Source: an uncultured Bacteroidota bacterium (GTDB taxonomy: Bacteria > Bacteroidota > Bacteroidia > Bacteroidales > UBA12481). Taken from it: DNA of 64,000 nucleotides. The notes under the pieces are model-generated. The model saw only the letters and a program-made list of their open reading frames with translations. It had not been told where the DNA came from and did no database searches. Positions 47,055 through 56,429 of this stretch are shown here, in pieces (the stretch's first letter is position 1; each line of letters opens with the position of its first letter). The position numbers were made by a program, and so were the translations under genes. The stretch is from NCBI GenBank assembly GCA_903919925.1, contig CAIXKO010000904.1, positions 1,625-65,624 on the forward strand. Direction: 5' to 3'.

Positions 47055-47117
47055 CTCTTCTCCTTCTTCACGTTCTTTACGCTCTTCTCGCTCTTCTCGC
47101 TCTTCACGCTCTTTACG
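47055..47117. repeat. Seven tandem 9-nt units (YTCTTYNCG-like), polypyrimidine on the + strand, filling the tsaD/47118 intergenic space
   Basis: Units: ctcttctcc, ttcttcacg, ttctttacg, ctcttctcg, ctcttctcg, ctcttcacg, ctctttacg. Confidence 0.9.
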
Positions 47118-48395
47118 CTACAACTGATACCGGTACAACCTCACATAATACGGATATTTCTTTTCCGGATATAAAAAATATACCGCATTGCCAAAAACCG
47201 TAATCCCATACATATCAGGATATTCAGGTAGATTTACCGGTTGTGAAACTTTACCGGTTTGGGTATGCAGAGGAAATAAGGTCCAGGTGGTTTTTTTATG
47301 TTCCAGTAAATACAAACCCCGGCCAACCGGATCAGCCTGAGCAGCAATATTTTTATACCGTACTCCCCCATCGATCCCACCCAAAATAACATCACGGCAG
47401 TAATTAAAAGGAACTGCCCTTTTAAACTTTCCGTTTGGTCCATAGGAAAGGAGCGAATCTTTGTAGAGATTGATCACAAACAGGGTATCTTTCCAGGAGA
47501 AGACAGGCACCTTTATTGGATTTTCCATAATGGCACTCACTTTAGTGCCTGATTTAACCGGGTATTTTCCATAAAAACTTGTCCACATGGAGCCCACTTT
47601 TTGTTCCAGCTTCCGGTCCAGTCTGCCGGGCTGATCCTCCACTATAGTTAAGAGTTGCGGGCCCGGCATATCCTCTGAACGATAATACACACGGGCCAGT
47701 TGCTCATATAAATCGATATCAGAATAAACCAGTTTTTCAGCAAACCTTGCACAGATCGGATCCATGATCCTGAAGAAATCGGTCCGCTCAACCGACCAGG
47801 GCAGTAAAATATTCCTGCCTTCCGCATACAATTGATAAACAGAATCTCTCAAAACCAGGTGGACACTGCCAAACACATCACGATATAACGATTCTGCGCC
47901 TTTTACCGGCACCGATGTTATCGTATCGCCAAACCAATTGGCCAGCCACAATTTTCCCTTGCTTCCCTGATTATTGGTATAACCCAGTAACCATAGATTT
48001 TCATTATCAAAGGCAAAATCCTGAATAGAGAAATCCTCCCGTTCAGTGAGTATTCTTAATCGTTTTGCCGTTATCTGAACCTCACCGATTTCACCAACCA
48101 GTTCATCCAGTTCAATAACCAACTCACTTTTAGGGGCATAGTTCAATACAATTTCGGTGCTTCCGTAAGAAATATGGCTAACTTTTATTACGACCGGAAA
48201 ATCGGGAATTTTCAATGAAAAACGTCCTTCATCCATGGAATAAGCACCCGTGCCATCAGGTAAAACCAGGTTGGCGGCAACAACAGGCTGCCTGGTTTTC
48301 TTATCGATTACGGTCCCTTTGATCACTGCTTCCTGCCCCATAGCGGAACCCATGAGGCAGGCAGTCAGGAACCCAACCAGGAAAAACATTTTCAT
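47118..48395 (-). CDS. Hypothetical secreted protein with N-terminal CarboxypepD_reg-like domain
   Basis: 425 aa. Signal peptide, then VIKGTVIDKKTRQPVVAANLVL, typical of the carboxypeptidase-regulatory-like fold. The rest is unassigned. Confidence 0.65.
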   Translation of the reverse strand: MKMFFLVGFLTACLMGSAMGQEAVIKGTVIDKKTRQPVVAANLVLPDGTGAYSMDEGRFSLKIPDFPVVIKVSHISYGSTEIVLNYAPKSELVIELDELVGEIGEVQITAKRLRILTEREDFSIQDFAFDNENLWLLGYTNNQGSKGKLWLANWFGDTITSVPVKGAESLYRDVFGSVHLVLRDSVYQLYAEGRNILLPWSVERTDFFRIMDPICARFAEKLVYSDIDLYEQLARVYYRSEDMPGPQLLTIVEDQPGRLDRKLEQKVGSMWTSFYGKYPVKSGTKVSAIMENPIKVPVFSWKDTLFVINLYKDSLLSYGPNGKFKRAVPFNYCRDVILGGIDGGVRYKNIAAQADPVGRGLYLLEHKKTTWTLFPLHTQTGKVSQPVNLPEYPDMYGITVFGNAVYFLYPEKKYPYYVRLYRYQL

Positions 48396-48455
48396 TGAAC
48401 AAACTTATTGATTAAATATCTTATGTACAACACATTAAAGATATCGCATTTACAG

Positions 48456-51254
48456 TTATTGCAGGATCAGACGCGATTGATACCATTTACCTTGTGAGGT
48501 GATCTTTACGAGGTAAGTGCCTTTGGGTTGCTTTGACAAATCATAAGACTTTTGCCAGGTACCCTGTGTATTCGTGATTTTTTCATTGAGTACTACTTTG
48601 CCGGCAACATCGAGAATCAAAAGAGTAGCCTCGTCAGGATTTTCAAATTTAACTTGGAATCGTCCGTCGGAAGGATTTGGGAATACCAGATCCTCCTTTG
48701 CAGCAACCGATTCCTCCGGAACACTGTTTGTAAATGATGGTTCCCATTTGGCAGTAAACATTCCTCTTCCGTGTGTAGCAGCCAGAACCGTATTATCGGA
48801 ATTTCTGAATTTGAGCATATCTACTCTAACATTAGCCATCCCTTTAACATCAGGGGTCCAGATCACATTCCGGGCAAAAATATTCTCGGTTGTCCACACA
48901 CCGATTTCAGTTGCCAACATAACCTGCATAGGATTTTTAGGGTTAAAGATCCCCCATCTTACCGGCATATCGGGAAGATTTGCCTCCACATTTTTCCAGT
49001 TTTGTCCTCCATCAGTGGTTACAAAAACCGATGGCACGCCGTAGTTTGAGTAGGTCAATAAAAGGGTGTCTTCTGTTTGACCGATATCGATACTACTGAT
49101 ATAGGCAACCGGAAGTTGATCAGAGGTCATATCAGTGAGTTCACCGGCCACCATAGCTTCGGAAAGCTTGTACAACCTCCCGGCTTCCGTACCGATGTAT
49201 ATGGTGCTGGCAAATTCCCCTGAATTGATAAACCATTTAATGGCAGAATAAGGGACCGGTGAATTGGTGGGAAGTTTTAAGAGCGGGTTGGATGGGATAG
49301 GCAACAATCCCTCATCCGATACCCTTATTACGCGCAGTGTATTGGCGTTTTGGCCAGCAAATCCGCAGCCGTTGGCATATAAGAAATTATATTTCCAGTC
49401 ATAATCCATCGGGTTACAGAAAGTACCATTCTTATAATCCACTGCTGCCACATTTCTTGCATTCTGGAGATTTGGAAAGCTAAAAAGATAAACCCAGGTA
49501 TAATAAACCGTACTGATGAGCAACTCGGGTTCATCTTCATCAACGAAACAATAGAATCCATCGCCTCCTGAAACATTCCCGGAAATCGGCTGTCCATCGA
49601 ATTCGGTATCCAGATAGGATCCATTATCCTGCAAACCGCCGAGATAAAGATTGCGGCCGGCTTCCGGGTGAATCGCTCCGTAATAATATTGTAAAGTGCT
49701 GTATGAGCGATTCCTGCCCTCAAATACAGGAGATTCACCGTTGGTTTGAGCAGTATAAAACAAACCTCCATCGGTCGAAACCAAAAGTTCAGATGGATTC
49801 TCCGGCCGGAATTCAATCCGATGAACATCGGCATGCACGAATTTTTGCTGCGTTTCCACTGTTACCGGTGCCCAGTACGACATTTTCTGCCAATTGGCGC
49901 CGCTGTTCTGAGTTCTCCAAACATCCAGTCCCCCCATCCACAAAGTATTGGCATCACGCGGATCAACCGAAATTGTCATGGCATGCCAGGCTAGGTTAGC
50001 CAGTGTCCTGGTACCGGCATCCAATGGTGATGGCGACGGGATTTCGCTCCAGGTTGCTCCTTTATCAATGGATTTCAACAGGTACCGATCGGTATAAATC
50101 ACAAAATTATTATCTCCAATAAGTCCTCCCGCGATAATGGCATACATAACATTTGGGTTCGACGGGGCATTGGCAAGCATTACCCTGCCCGGATAGGAAT
50201 AAGGAAAGCCATTACGTTCCCATACCTGTCCACTGGTTAGCTTATCGTAGTAATCATCCATCACCGTCCAGTTGGTTCCATTATCGGAGTAAAGAATAGA
50301 GGCTGCTCCCAACCTATCCTCGCCATGATAGGTGGTTCCCACAAATATTCTGGATCCATCAGCGGACACCTCAATGTCTGAAGGTGCAAACGGACGGGAT
50401 CCTCCGGCAATCATGGGCAGAACCTGGCTCCATGATTCGCCTCCGTTAACTGAGCGGTACAAACCATCGGTTGGGCCACTTTCATGGAGTTTGCCTCTGT
50501 AAATACCTGAAACCACACCCGCATAAATAACACTTTGTCCGTTTTCATTCCGCACCACGATATCGGTAACGTAAGCCCAGTCTTTAGTTGAAGCCATCAG
50601 GTTCCATGTTTTTCCTGCATCGGTTGAACGCATGATCCCTACACCCCGGGTTGACGACTCGCGGTAAATCATGAGAGCGGTTTGGCTTTCACCGGTTCCC
50701 ACATACCAGGTATTGGTATTCAGGGGATCCGATGCCATGCAGGCCACTGCCAAACCCGGCCAAAAATCATCGACCGGATACCATTCTGCATTACCGTAAG
50801 CATCATCATTGTACCACAATCCGCCGGTAACCGATCCTGCCCAAACCTTCTTATGCTGTGGATCGGTGGGATCGTTAAATATAGTACGGGTTCGTCCTCC
50901 GATATTGTTGATCCGATTGGTCCAGGTGAGTTTTGAACTGCCCGATTTTAACGATTGCATAGATCGGGTTTCATCATAAGCCATGGTTAACCTTCCTTGC
51001 GGTATGGCACCGGTTTTCGGATCCATGGTTTTAATGTAATCAGTGTACGCCGCGATATCAGGGCGGTCCATACCTGCCTCTTCCTCAGCATCTTTGCCAG
51101 ATTCCTTTTCTTCGGGTATTGACTTTGCGGATTGGAGCAATCGCTTTTCATATTCGGAACGGGGGTCCGGTGTGGTTGAAAAAGAACCTACAAAAATAAT
51201 CACAGCCACCGGCAACAATATCAGGCCGGAAAACCAAAGTTTACGGTTTTTCAT
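48456..51254 (-). CDS. Secreted BNR/Asp-box beta-propeller repeat protein with T9SS C-terminal sorting domain (paralog of 36461-39235)
   Basis: 932 aa and colinear with the other copy. Example: SNYGVPSVFVTTDGGQNWKNVEANLPDMPVRWGIFNPK versus SNYGVPSVWLSTNKGANWKNVESNLPDMPIRWGIFHPK. C-terminus VFPNPSDGRFQV...GTYLVKI. Confidence 0.85.
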   Translation of the reverse strand: MKNRKLWFSGLILLPVAVIIFVGSFSTTPDPRSEYEKRLLQSAKSIPEEKESGKDAEEEAGMDRPDIAAYTDYIKTMDPKTGAIPQGRLTMAYDETRSMQSLKSGSSKLTWTNRINNIGGRTRTIFNDPTDPQHKKVWAGSVTGGLWYNDDAYGNAEWYPVDDFWPGLAVACMASDPLNTNTWYVGTGESQTALMIYRESSTRGVGIMRSTDAGKTWNLMASTKDWAYVTDIVVRNENGQSVIYAGVVSGIYRGKLHESGPTDGLYRSVNGGESWSQVLPMIAGGSRPFAPSDIEVSADGSRIFVGTTYHGEDRLGAASILYSDNGTNWTVMDDYYDKLTSGQVWERNGFPYSYPGRVMLANAPSNPNVMYAIIAGGLIGDNNFVIYTDRYLLKSIDKGATWSEIPSPSPLDAGTRTLANLAWHAMTISVDPRDANTLWMGGLDVWRTQNSGANWQKMSYWAPVTVETQQKFVHADVHRIEFRPENPSELLVSTDGGLFYTAQTNGESPVFEGRNRSYSTLQYYYGAIHPEAGRNLYLGGLQDNGSYLDTEFDGQPISGNVSGGDGFYCFVDEDEPELLISTVYYTWVYLFSFPNLQNARNVAAVDYKNGTFCNPMDYDWKYNFLYANGCGFAGQNANTLRVIRVSDEGLLPIPSNPLLKLPTNSPVPYSAIKWFINSGEFASTIYIGTEAGRLYKLSEAMVAGELTDMTSDQLPVAYISSIDIGQTEDTLLLTYSNYGVPSVFVTTDGGQNWKNVEANLPDMPVRWGIFNPKNPMQVMLATEIGVWTTENIFARNVIWTPDVKGMANVRVDMLKFRNSDNTVLAATHGRGMFTAKWEPSFTNSVPEESVAAKEDLVFPNPSDGRFQVKFENPDEATLLILDVAGKVVLNEKITNTQGTWQKSYDLSKQPKGTYLVKITSQGKWYQSRLILQ

Positions 51255-51459
51255 AATACATTAATTTTAAGTAATTAACCTGCAACAACATAACTCAACT
51301 AACTAATTGGTTAGCTCATACAGGTCGGGTTGCTCTGATTAATTATGCGCAGGCGGGCACATAATTAACGAGCAATAAAAATAGGGGGATAAAAACCGTA
51401 ATGCCCTACCAATTGTAGGCGCAAACATACCGTTGGTCAATCAGGATGTAGGGGCGACC

Positions 51460-52032
51460 CTAAACGATCCCGCTGAATCCCATAAATGCCATAGCCAATA
51501 TACCGGCCATGATCAATGAGATCGGAAATCCTTTCATGCCTTTGGGAACACCCTGCAAGTCGAGCCTTTCACGCAAGCCGGCAAAAATGATGATGGCAAG
51601 CCCAAACCCAAGCGCGTTTGCTGCGGTAAAAACAATTCCCTGGATCAGGTTATAATTGTTTTGAATGGTTAAAATAGCGATACCCAAAACAGCACAATTC
51701 GTGGTTATAAGAGGAAGGAAAATCCCAAGAGCCTGGTAAAGACCGGGAGATATCTTTTTCAGAATCGTTTCTACCATCTGAACGAGTGCGGCGATCACCA
51801 GAATAAACACAATAGTTTGCATGAATCCGATATGGAAAGGATCGAGCACGTATTTCTGCAGTAAAAAGGTGACAATGGTTGCCAGCACCATAACAAACGT
51901 AACAGCAGCCGACATACCAGCGGCGGTTCCTACCTTGTTTGATACCCCAAGAAACGGACAGATACCGAGAAATTTGGCCAGCACAATATTGTTTACCAGT
52001 ATCGCGCTGATGAATATGATAATGTATTGCAT
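51460..52032 (-). CDS. rnfA: Rnf electron transport complex subunit A
   Basis: 190 aa polytopic protein. NNIVLAKFLGICPFLGVS is typical of RnfA/NqrE. Confidence 0.93.
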   Translation of the reverse strand: MQYIIIFISAILVNNIVLAKFLGICPFLGVSNKVGTAAGMSAAVTFVMVLATIVTFLLQKYVLDPFHIGFMQTIVFILVIAALVQMVETILKKISPGLYQALGIFLPLITTNCAVLGIAILTIQNNYNLIQGIVFTAANALGFGLAIIIFAGLRERLDLQGVPKGMKGFPISLIMAGILAMAFMGFSGIV

Positions 52033-52049
52033 GACTATCTGGGTTTTGT

Positions 52050-52640
52050 TTATTTATTGCCTTTCAGCCTGTTAATAAATGCGATCAGGTATCCGAGTGC
52101 AATAAATGCTCCCGGAGAGAGAATAAAGACCAGTATGGTACTGGCATCGTCGCTCACAAAACGGATGTCAAAAATTGATCCGTTACCGAGCATTTCCCTG
52201 ATAGCTCCAAGGGTAGTGAGTGCCAGGGTAAAGCCGATCCCCATGCCTAATCCGTCAAGTATAGAGGCAATAACCGTGTTTTTTTGGGCAAAGGCCTCGG
52301 CACGCGCCAGGATTATGCAGTTCACCACAATCAGCGGAACAAAAACGCCAAGTGCCTTATACAGAGAGGGAACAAAAGCCTCCATAGTCATTTGAACAAT
52401 CGTTACAAAAGAGGCAATCACCACTACAAAAATCGGAATCCTGACTTTATTTGGAACCAGATTTTTAATCAGTGAAATAACCAGATTCGACATGGTCAGC
52501 ACAAATGTGGTGGCCACACCCATACCCATTCCATTGATAGCCGATGTTGATACGGCCAGAACGGGACACATTCCGATCAGAAGAACCAACGTTGGATTCT
52601 CCCGCACGATGCCATTGGTAAAATGCTTTAGATTGCTCAT
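52050..52640 (-). CDS. rnfE: Rnf electron transport complex subunit E
   Basis: Start MSNLKHFTNGI at 52640 (ATGA overlap with rnfG). ENPTLVLLIGMCPVLAVS is typical of RnfE/NqrD. Confidence 0.9.
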   Translation of the reverse strand: MSNLKHFTNGIVRENPTLVLLIGMCPVLAVSTSAINGMGMGVATTFVLTMSNLVISLIKNLVPNKVRIPIFVVVIASFVTIVQMTMEAFVPSLYKALGVFVPLIVVNCIILARAEAFAQKNTVIASILDGLGMGIGFTLALTTLGAIREMLGNGSIFDIRFVSDDASTILVFILSPGAFIALGYLIAFINRLKGNK

Positions 52641-53209
52641 TTCTGTCCTCCTTTTTGATAAGCATTGAATGCTCTCATTATTGCATCGCAAAACGCACGT
52701 GAGCTGATCGTTGCCGCGGTGATAGCATCAATCTCCCCTCCGTCTTTTTTAACTTTGATTTTATTGGTCCCGGGATTTTTACCGACAAACTGATTCTTGA
52801 ATTTCGCCTCCATCATTTTTGTACCCAGTCCCGGAGTTTCCCTGTGCTCCAAAACCGAAGTATTCACCAGCGTACCATCTGGTTTGATCCCAACCATCAT
52901 GGTGAATGATCCGCTGAAAGCGATATTCGTTTTAGTATTGATGGCTGTTCCCACTAGTTTTCCATCCATTTTAGCCGGAAAACATTCCAAGTCGCCCAGG
53001 TCCGACGGTAAGGTATACATTTCATCGCCCGGGTTATTATTGAATTCAGGCACCACTTTCTGAATGGCTTCGAGCTTGGCTTTTGCCTTGGATTCTGCAA
53101 TCGGACCTTCGGTAATTTTGTTCATGTACCCCAGCAGGCCCGATGCTACAGCGCACACGCCCAACAGCGAGAGCACCATGGTTTTCAGATTTGACTCGAG
53201 TTTAGCCAT
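52637..53209 (-). CDS. rnfG: Rnf electron transport complex subunit G (FMN-binding)
   Basis: 190 aa. N-terminal anchor, ETPGLG, and the IDAITAATISSRA flavinylation motif region. Confidence 0.9.
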   Translation of the reverse strand: MAKLESNLKTMVLSLLGVCAVASGLLGYMNKITEGPIAESKAKAKLEAIQKVVPEFNNNPGDEMYTLPSDLGDLECFPAKMDGKLVGTAINTKTNIAFSGSFTMMVGIKPDGTLVNTSVLEHRETPGLGTKMMEAKFKNQFVGKNPGTNKIKVKKDGGEIDAITAATISSRAFCDAIMRAFNAYQKGGQK

Positions 53210-54209
53210 TTTTCAATTCCTCCCCAAACCGTTTGGGTTTAACATATTTATCGATCAGCGGTACAAAGGCATTCATAATCAGAATGGCAAACGATACTCC
53301 TTCCGGGTAGGAGCCAAATATCCTGATCAGGCAGGTAATCAATCCGATTCCAACCCCAAAAACAATCTGGCCCACCGGAGTCATAGGTGAAGTAACCATA
53401 TCGGTAGCCATAAAAATGGCACCCAGCATAATTCCCCCGGTCATCAGGTGAAACAGGGGATCTGCATATTTACCTGGATCAATTAACCAAAGGATACCGG
53501 TAAACAACACTACGGTTGCGAGAATTGAGCCAGGTATGTGCCAGGTAATCACTTTCTTAATCAGCAAAAACAATCCACCGATCAACAAGGCCAACACCGA
53601 TATCTCTCCCAAAGATCCGCCCATGTTTCCTAAAAACATTTGGGCATAACCCGGAACCTCCTTCATCAGATCGGCTAAAGGCTGACCGTTTTTAATACCT
53701 TCTTTGATGATAGCCAAAGGAGTAGCACCGGTTGCAGCATCGAGATAGGCAAAACGTGATTCTATAGCTTTTGGCCAGCTGGTCATTTGCACCGGAAAGG
53801 AAATCAGCAGAAATACCCTGCCCACTAATGCCGGATTAAACGGATTCTTTCCCAGGCCACCAAATGACATCTTAGCAACTCCAATCGCTACCAGGCTACC
53901 GATAATAATCATCCATACAGGCAGATTGCTTGGGACATTGAATGCCAGCAGCACTCCGGTAATAGCAGCCGATCCATCCCACAGCGTATTGTCAGCTTTA
54001 AACAAGAACCTGTTGATCAGGTATTCAAAAGCCATGCAGGAAATCACTGCGATCCCGGTGACCACCAGTGCTCCCAGTCCAAAAAACAATATTGAAACCG
54101 CAAATGCCGGTATCAAGGCGATCAGCACGCGGTACATAATTTTTTGCACCGACTCACCACCGGACTCATGCGGCGAATGCGATACGGTTAACAAGTTATT
54201 TGCACTCAT
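53202..54209 (-). CDS. rnfD: Rnf electron transport complex subunit D
   Basis: 335 aa polytopic protein. SPHESG N-terminus, NPALVGRVFL, and TGATPL typical of RnfD/NqrB. Confidence 0.92.
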   Translation of the reverse strand: MSANNLLTVSHSPHESGGESVQKIMYRVLIALIPAFAVSILFFGLGALVVTGIAVISCMAFEYLINRFLFKADNTLWDGSAAITGVLLAFNVPSNLPVWMIIIGSLVAIGVAKMSFGGLGKNPFNPALVGRVFLLISFPVQMTSWPKAIESRFAYLDAATGATPLAIIKEGIKNGQPLADLMKEVPGYAQMFLGNMGGSLGEISVLALLIGGLFLLIKKVITWHIPGSILATVVLFTGILWLIDPGKYADPLFHLMTGGIMLGAIFMATDMVTSPMTPVGQIVFGVGIGLITCLIRIFGSYPEGVSFAILIMNAFVPLIDKYVKPKRFGEELKNG

Positions 54210-55533
54210 TTACCCGGGATTTGATTATTCGGTTTACACTGTTTTTTCCTAATCGTATATAATCGAGCAATGGCCTGCCCGATGGGCAGATATAGCTGCA
54301 CGAACCGCATTCCATACACTCGGTCACTTTTCCCTGTTCCAGCTCTTCCCAGCGCTTGGCTTCGCCCATACTCATTAAATAATATGGTTCCATCCCCATA
54401 GGACACACTGAGTTGCATCTTGAGCACCGGATGCAGTTCATCACTTTGCGGCGGGCAGATTCTTCTGCCGGCATCAGCACAATACCCGAAGTTCCCTTGG
54501 TTACCGGAACATCCAGCAGTGGAAGCGCCTTACCCATCATCGGTCCTCCATTCACTACCTTACCGGTATCCTCCGGCATTCCCCCGGCGGCTTCAATCAG
54601 TTCCGAAACCGGTGTGCCTATCCTAACCAGGTAATTCGCGGACCGTGGCATAGATTTCCCGGTAACCGTGACCACGCGCTCAATCAACGGCTTATTCTTT
54701 GTAATCGCCTCATATACTGCGAACGCCGTTCCAACATTGTGTACCACCGCTCCAACATCAATCGGCAATTTACCCGATGGAACCTCCCTTCCGGTGATCG
54801 CTTTAATCAACTGTTTTTCACCTCCTTGTGGATACTTTACCTCTAAAACCTCGACCCTGATGCCAGGATATTTAGCGCAATGCATGGTAAGGTGGCTAAT
54901 CGCATCAGGTTTGTTGCTTTCTATTCCGATTATGGCCTGATTAACCTCCAAAGCCTTCATCAGCAACTGAGTACCAATTAAAATTTCATCGGCCTTTTCC
55001 AGCATCAGCCGATGATCCGACGTAAGGTAAGGTTCACACTCTACCCCATTAATAATCAATATTTCAGCTTTTTTACCTTGCGGTACCGATATTTTCACAT
55101 GCGATGGGAACGTAGCGCCACCAAGCCCTACAACGCCCATTTGGCTAACTCTTGCCACAATTTCACCGGGGGTGAGATCGGGCAAAATTTTCAAATCCGC
55201 TGATTGATCAATGGTATCCAGCCATTCATCTCCCTGTACTTCAATAAAAATTGCCTGCCGGGTATAGCCTGATGAATCAGGTGCCGGTTCAATTTTTTTC
55301 ACCGTACCCGAAACCGGAGAATGAATATTTGCCGATACAAATCCGGTGCTTTTGGCAATCAGCTGCCCGGTTTTTACTGTATCGCCTTTAGCGACCACCG
55401 GCTCAGCAGGAGCGCCCAAATGCTGCGAAAGGTGAATACAAACAAATTTCGGCAAAGGCAAAACCTCAATCGCCGATACATTGGCCTTTTTATTGTCAGG
55501 TGGATGAACTCCCCCTTTTGGAAAGGTTTTCAA
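54196..55533 (-). CDS. rnfC: Rnf electron transport complex subunit C
   Basis: 445 aa. GGVHPP N-terminus, GLGGATFP, CIRCSRCNSVCP and CMECGSCSYICP. Confidence 0.93.
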   Translation of the reverse strand: MKTFPKGGVHPPDNKKANVSAIEVLPLPKFVCIHLSQHLGAPAEPVVAKGDTVKTGQLIAKSTGFVSANIHSPVSGTVKKIEPAPDSSGYTRQAIFIEVQGDEWLDTIDQSADLKILPDLTPGEIVARVSQMGVVGLGGATFPSHVKISVPQGKKAEILIINGVECEPYLTSDHRLMLEKADEILIGTQLLMKALEVNQAIIGIESNKPDAISHLTMHCAKYPGIRVEVLEVKYPQGGEKQLIKAITGREVPSGKLPIDVGAVVHNVGTAFAVYEAITKNKPLIERVVTVTGKSMPRSANYLVRIGTPVSELIEAAGGMPEDTGKVVNGGPMMGKALPLLDVPVTKGTSGIVLMPAEESARRKVMNCIRCSRCNSVCPMGMEPYYLMSMGEAKRWEELEQGKVTECMECGSCSYICPSGRPLLDYIRLGKNSVNRIIKSRVNECK

Positions 55534-55552
55534 TTAAGAATCCTCCTTAATA

Positions 55553-56419
55553 TTAGTTTACTTGAATTTCTGATAAAACGAGCTCCGCTTCTTTCACTTT
55601 GCGAACAGGAAAATTGATTTCCAGAATCGAATCCGTTGGACAAGAAGGAATGCACTTGCGGCATAATGTGCATTTTACCGGATCGATGTAAGCGAGAAAA
55701 TTATTGATTGTAATAGCCTCAAATTCGCATACTTTCACACAAGCTTTGCAACCAATACAAGACACTGAACAGGCTTTTTTTGCTGTTGCTCCCTTGTCCT
55801 GATTCATACAGGAAACAAATATCTTACGATCCTTTTTAAACTTCTTTCTCAGCTCAATAATGTTTTTGGGACATGCTTTCACACAGGCGCCGCATGAAGT
55901 GCATTTTTCATCAACCACCTCAGGCAGCAATGTAACCGGGTTAATATGAATTGCATCAAAGGTGCAGACCACTGCACAGTCGCCTAAACCCAGGCATCCG
56001 TACGAGCAGGCAGTATCTCCGGAAAACAGTCCCGAAGCAATCTCGCAAGTGGCAACCCCATCATAGTGGGTGGTGCGGGCACGATGATCCGGACTCCCTG
56101 AGCATCGGATCACAGCTACCTCAGGATCTTTGGCCACCGCAGCTTTCCCAAGCGAAAGTGCAACCTTAGCCATACCATCGTTTCCTCCAACCGGGCAAAA
56201 AAGAACATCCAGGGTTTCGGCAGTTACACAGTTTTCAGCAAACCCGCGGCATCCCGGGTAACCACATCCACCGCAATTGGCTCCAGGCAAAACAGCTTCC
56301 ACCTCATCAATCCTGGGGTCCTCGAATACCTGAAATTTCTGGGCAATTAAATAAAGGATAAACCCCGAAAAACTTCCGATAACACTTAAACTGATGATCG
56401 TTATGACAACCGTGTTCAT
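55553..56419 (-). CDS. rnfB: Rnf electron transport complex subunit B (polyferredoxin)
   Basis: Start MNTVVITIISL at 56419. NCGGCGYPGC plus several CxxCxxCxxxCP clusters. Confidence 0.9.
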   Translation of the reverse strand: MNTVVITIISLSVIGSFSGFILYLIAQKFQVFEDPRIDEVEAVLPGANCGGCGYPGCRGFAENCVTAETLDVLFCPVGGNDGMAKVALSLGKAAVAKDPEVAVIRCSGSPDHRARTTHYDGVATCEIASGLFSGDTACSYGCLGLGDCAVVCTFDAIHINPVTLLPEVVDEKCTSCGACVKACPKNIIELRKKFKKDRKIFVSCMNQDKGATAKKACSVSCIGCKACVKVCEFEAITINNFLAYIDPVKCTLCRKCIPSCPTDSILEINFPVRKVKEAELVLSEIQVN

Positions 56420-56429
56420 ATAAATTGAT

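Noticed and set aside
47055-47117. Could the 9-nt tandem repeat be a CRISPR array or a terminator?
   Set aside because: The units are contiguous with no spacers and far too short for CRISPR repeats. The strand is almost all pyrimidine, so no hairpin can form. It is kept as a repeat finding instead.
48552-49999. Cluster of + strand ORFs (61-168 aa) inside the second T9SS paralog, and similar ones (36589-38950) inside the first
   Set aside because: They are antisense or out of frame to long, paralog-supported genes. The fact that both paralogs show them reflects shared codon composition, not conserved overlapping genes.
51400-51459. GTAGGGGCGACCC and CCTAC-N5-GTAGG motifs just downstream of rnfA as a structured RNA or mobile repeat
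   Set aside because: There is only a 5-bp stem and an unpaired half-site, with no partner arm for GGGCGACCC within reach. The evidence is insufficient beyond noting the resemblance to the 39255/39300 element.
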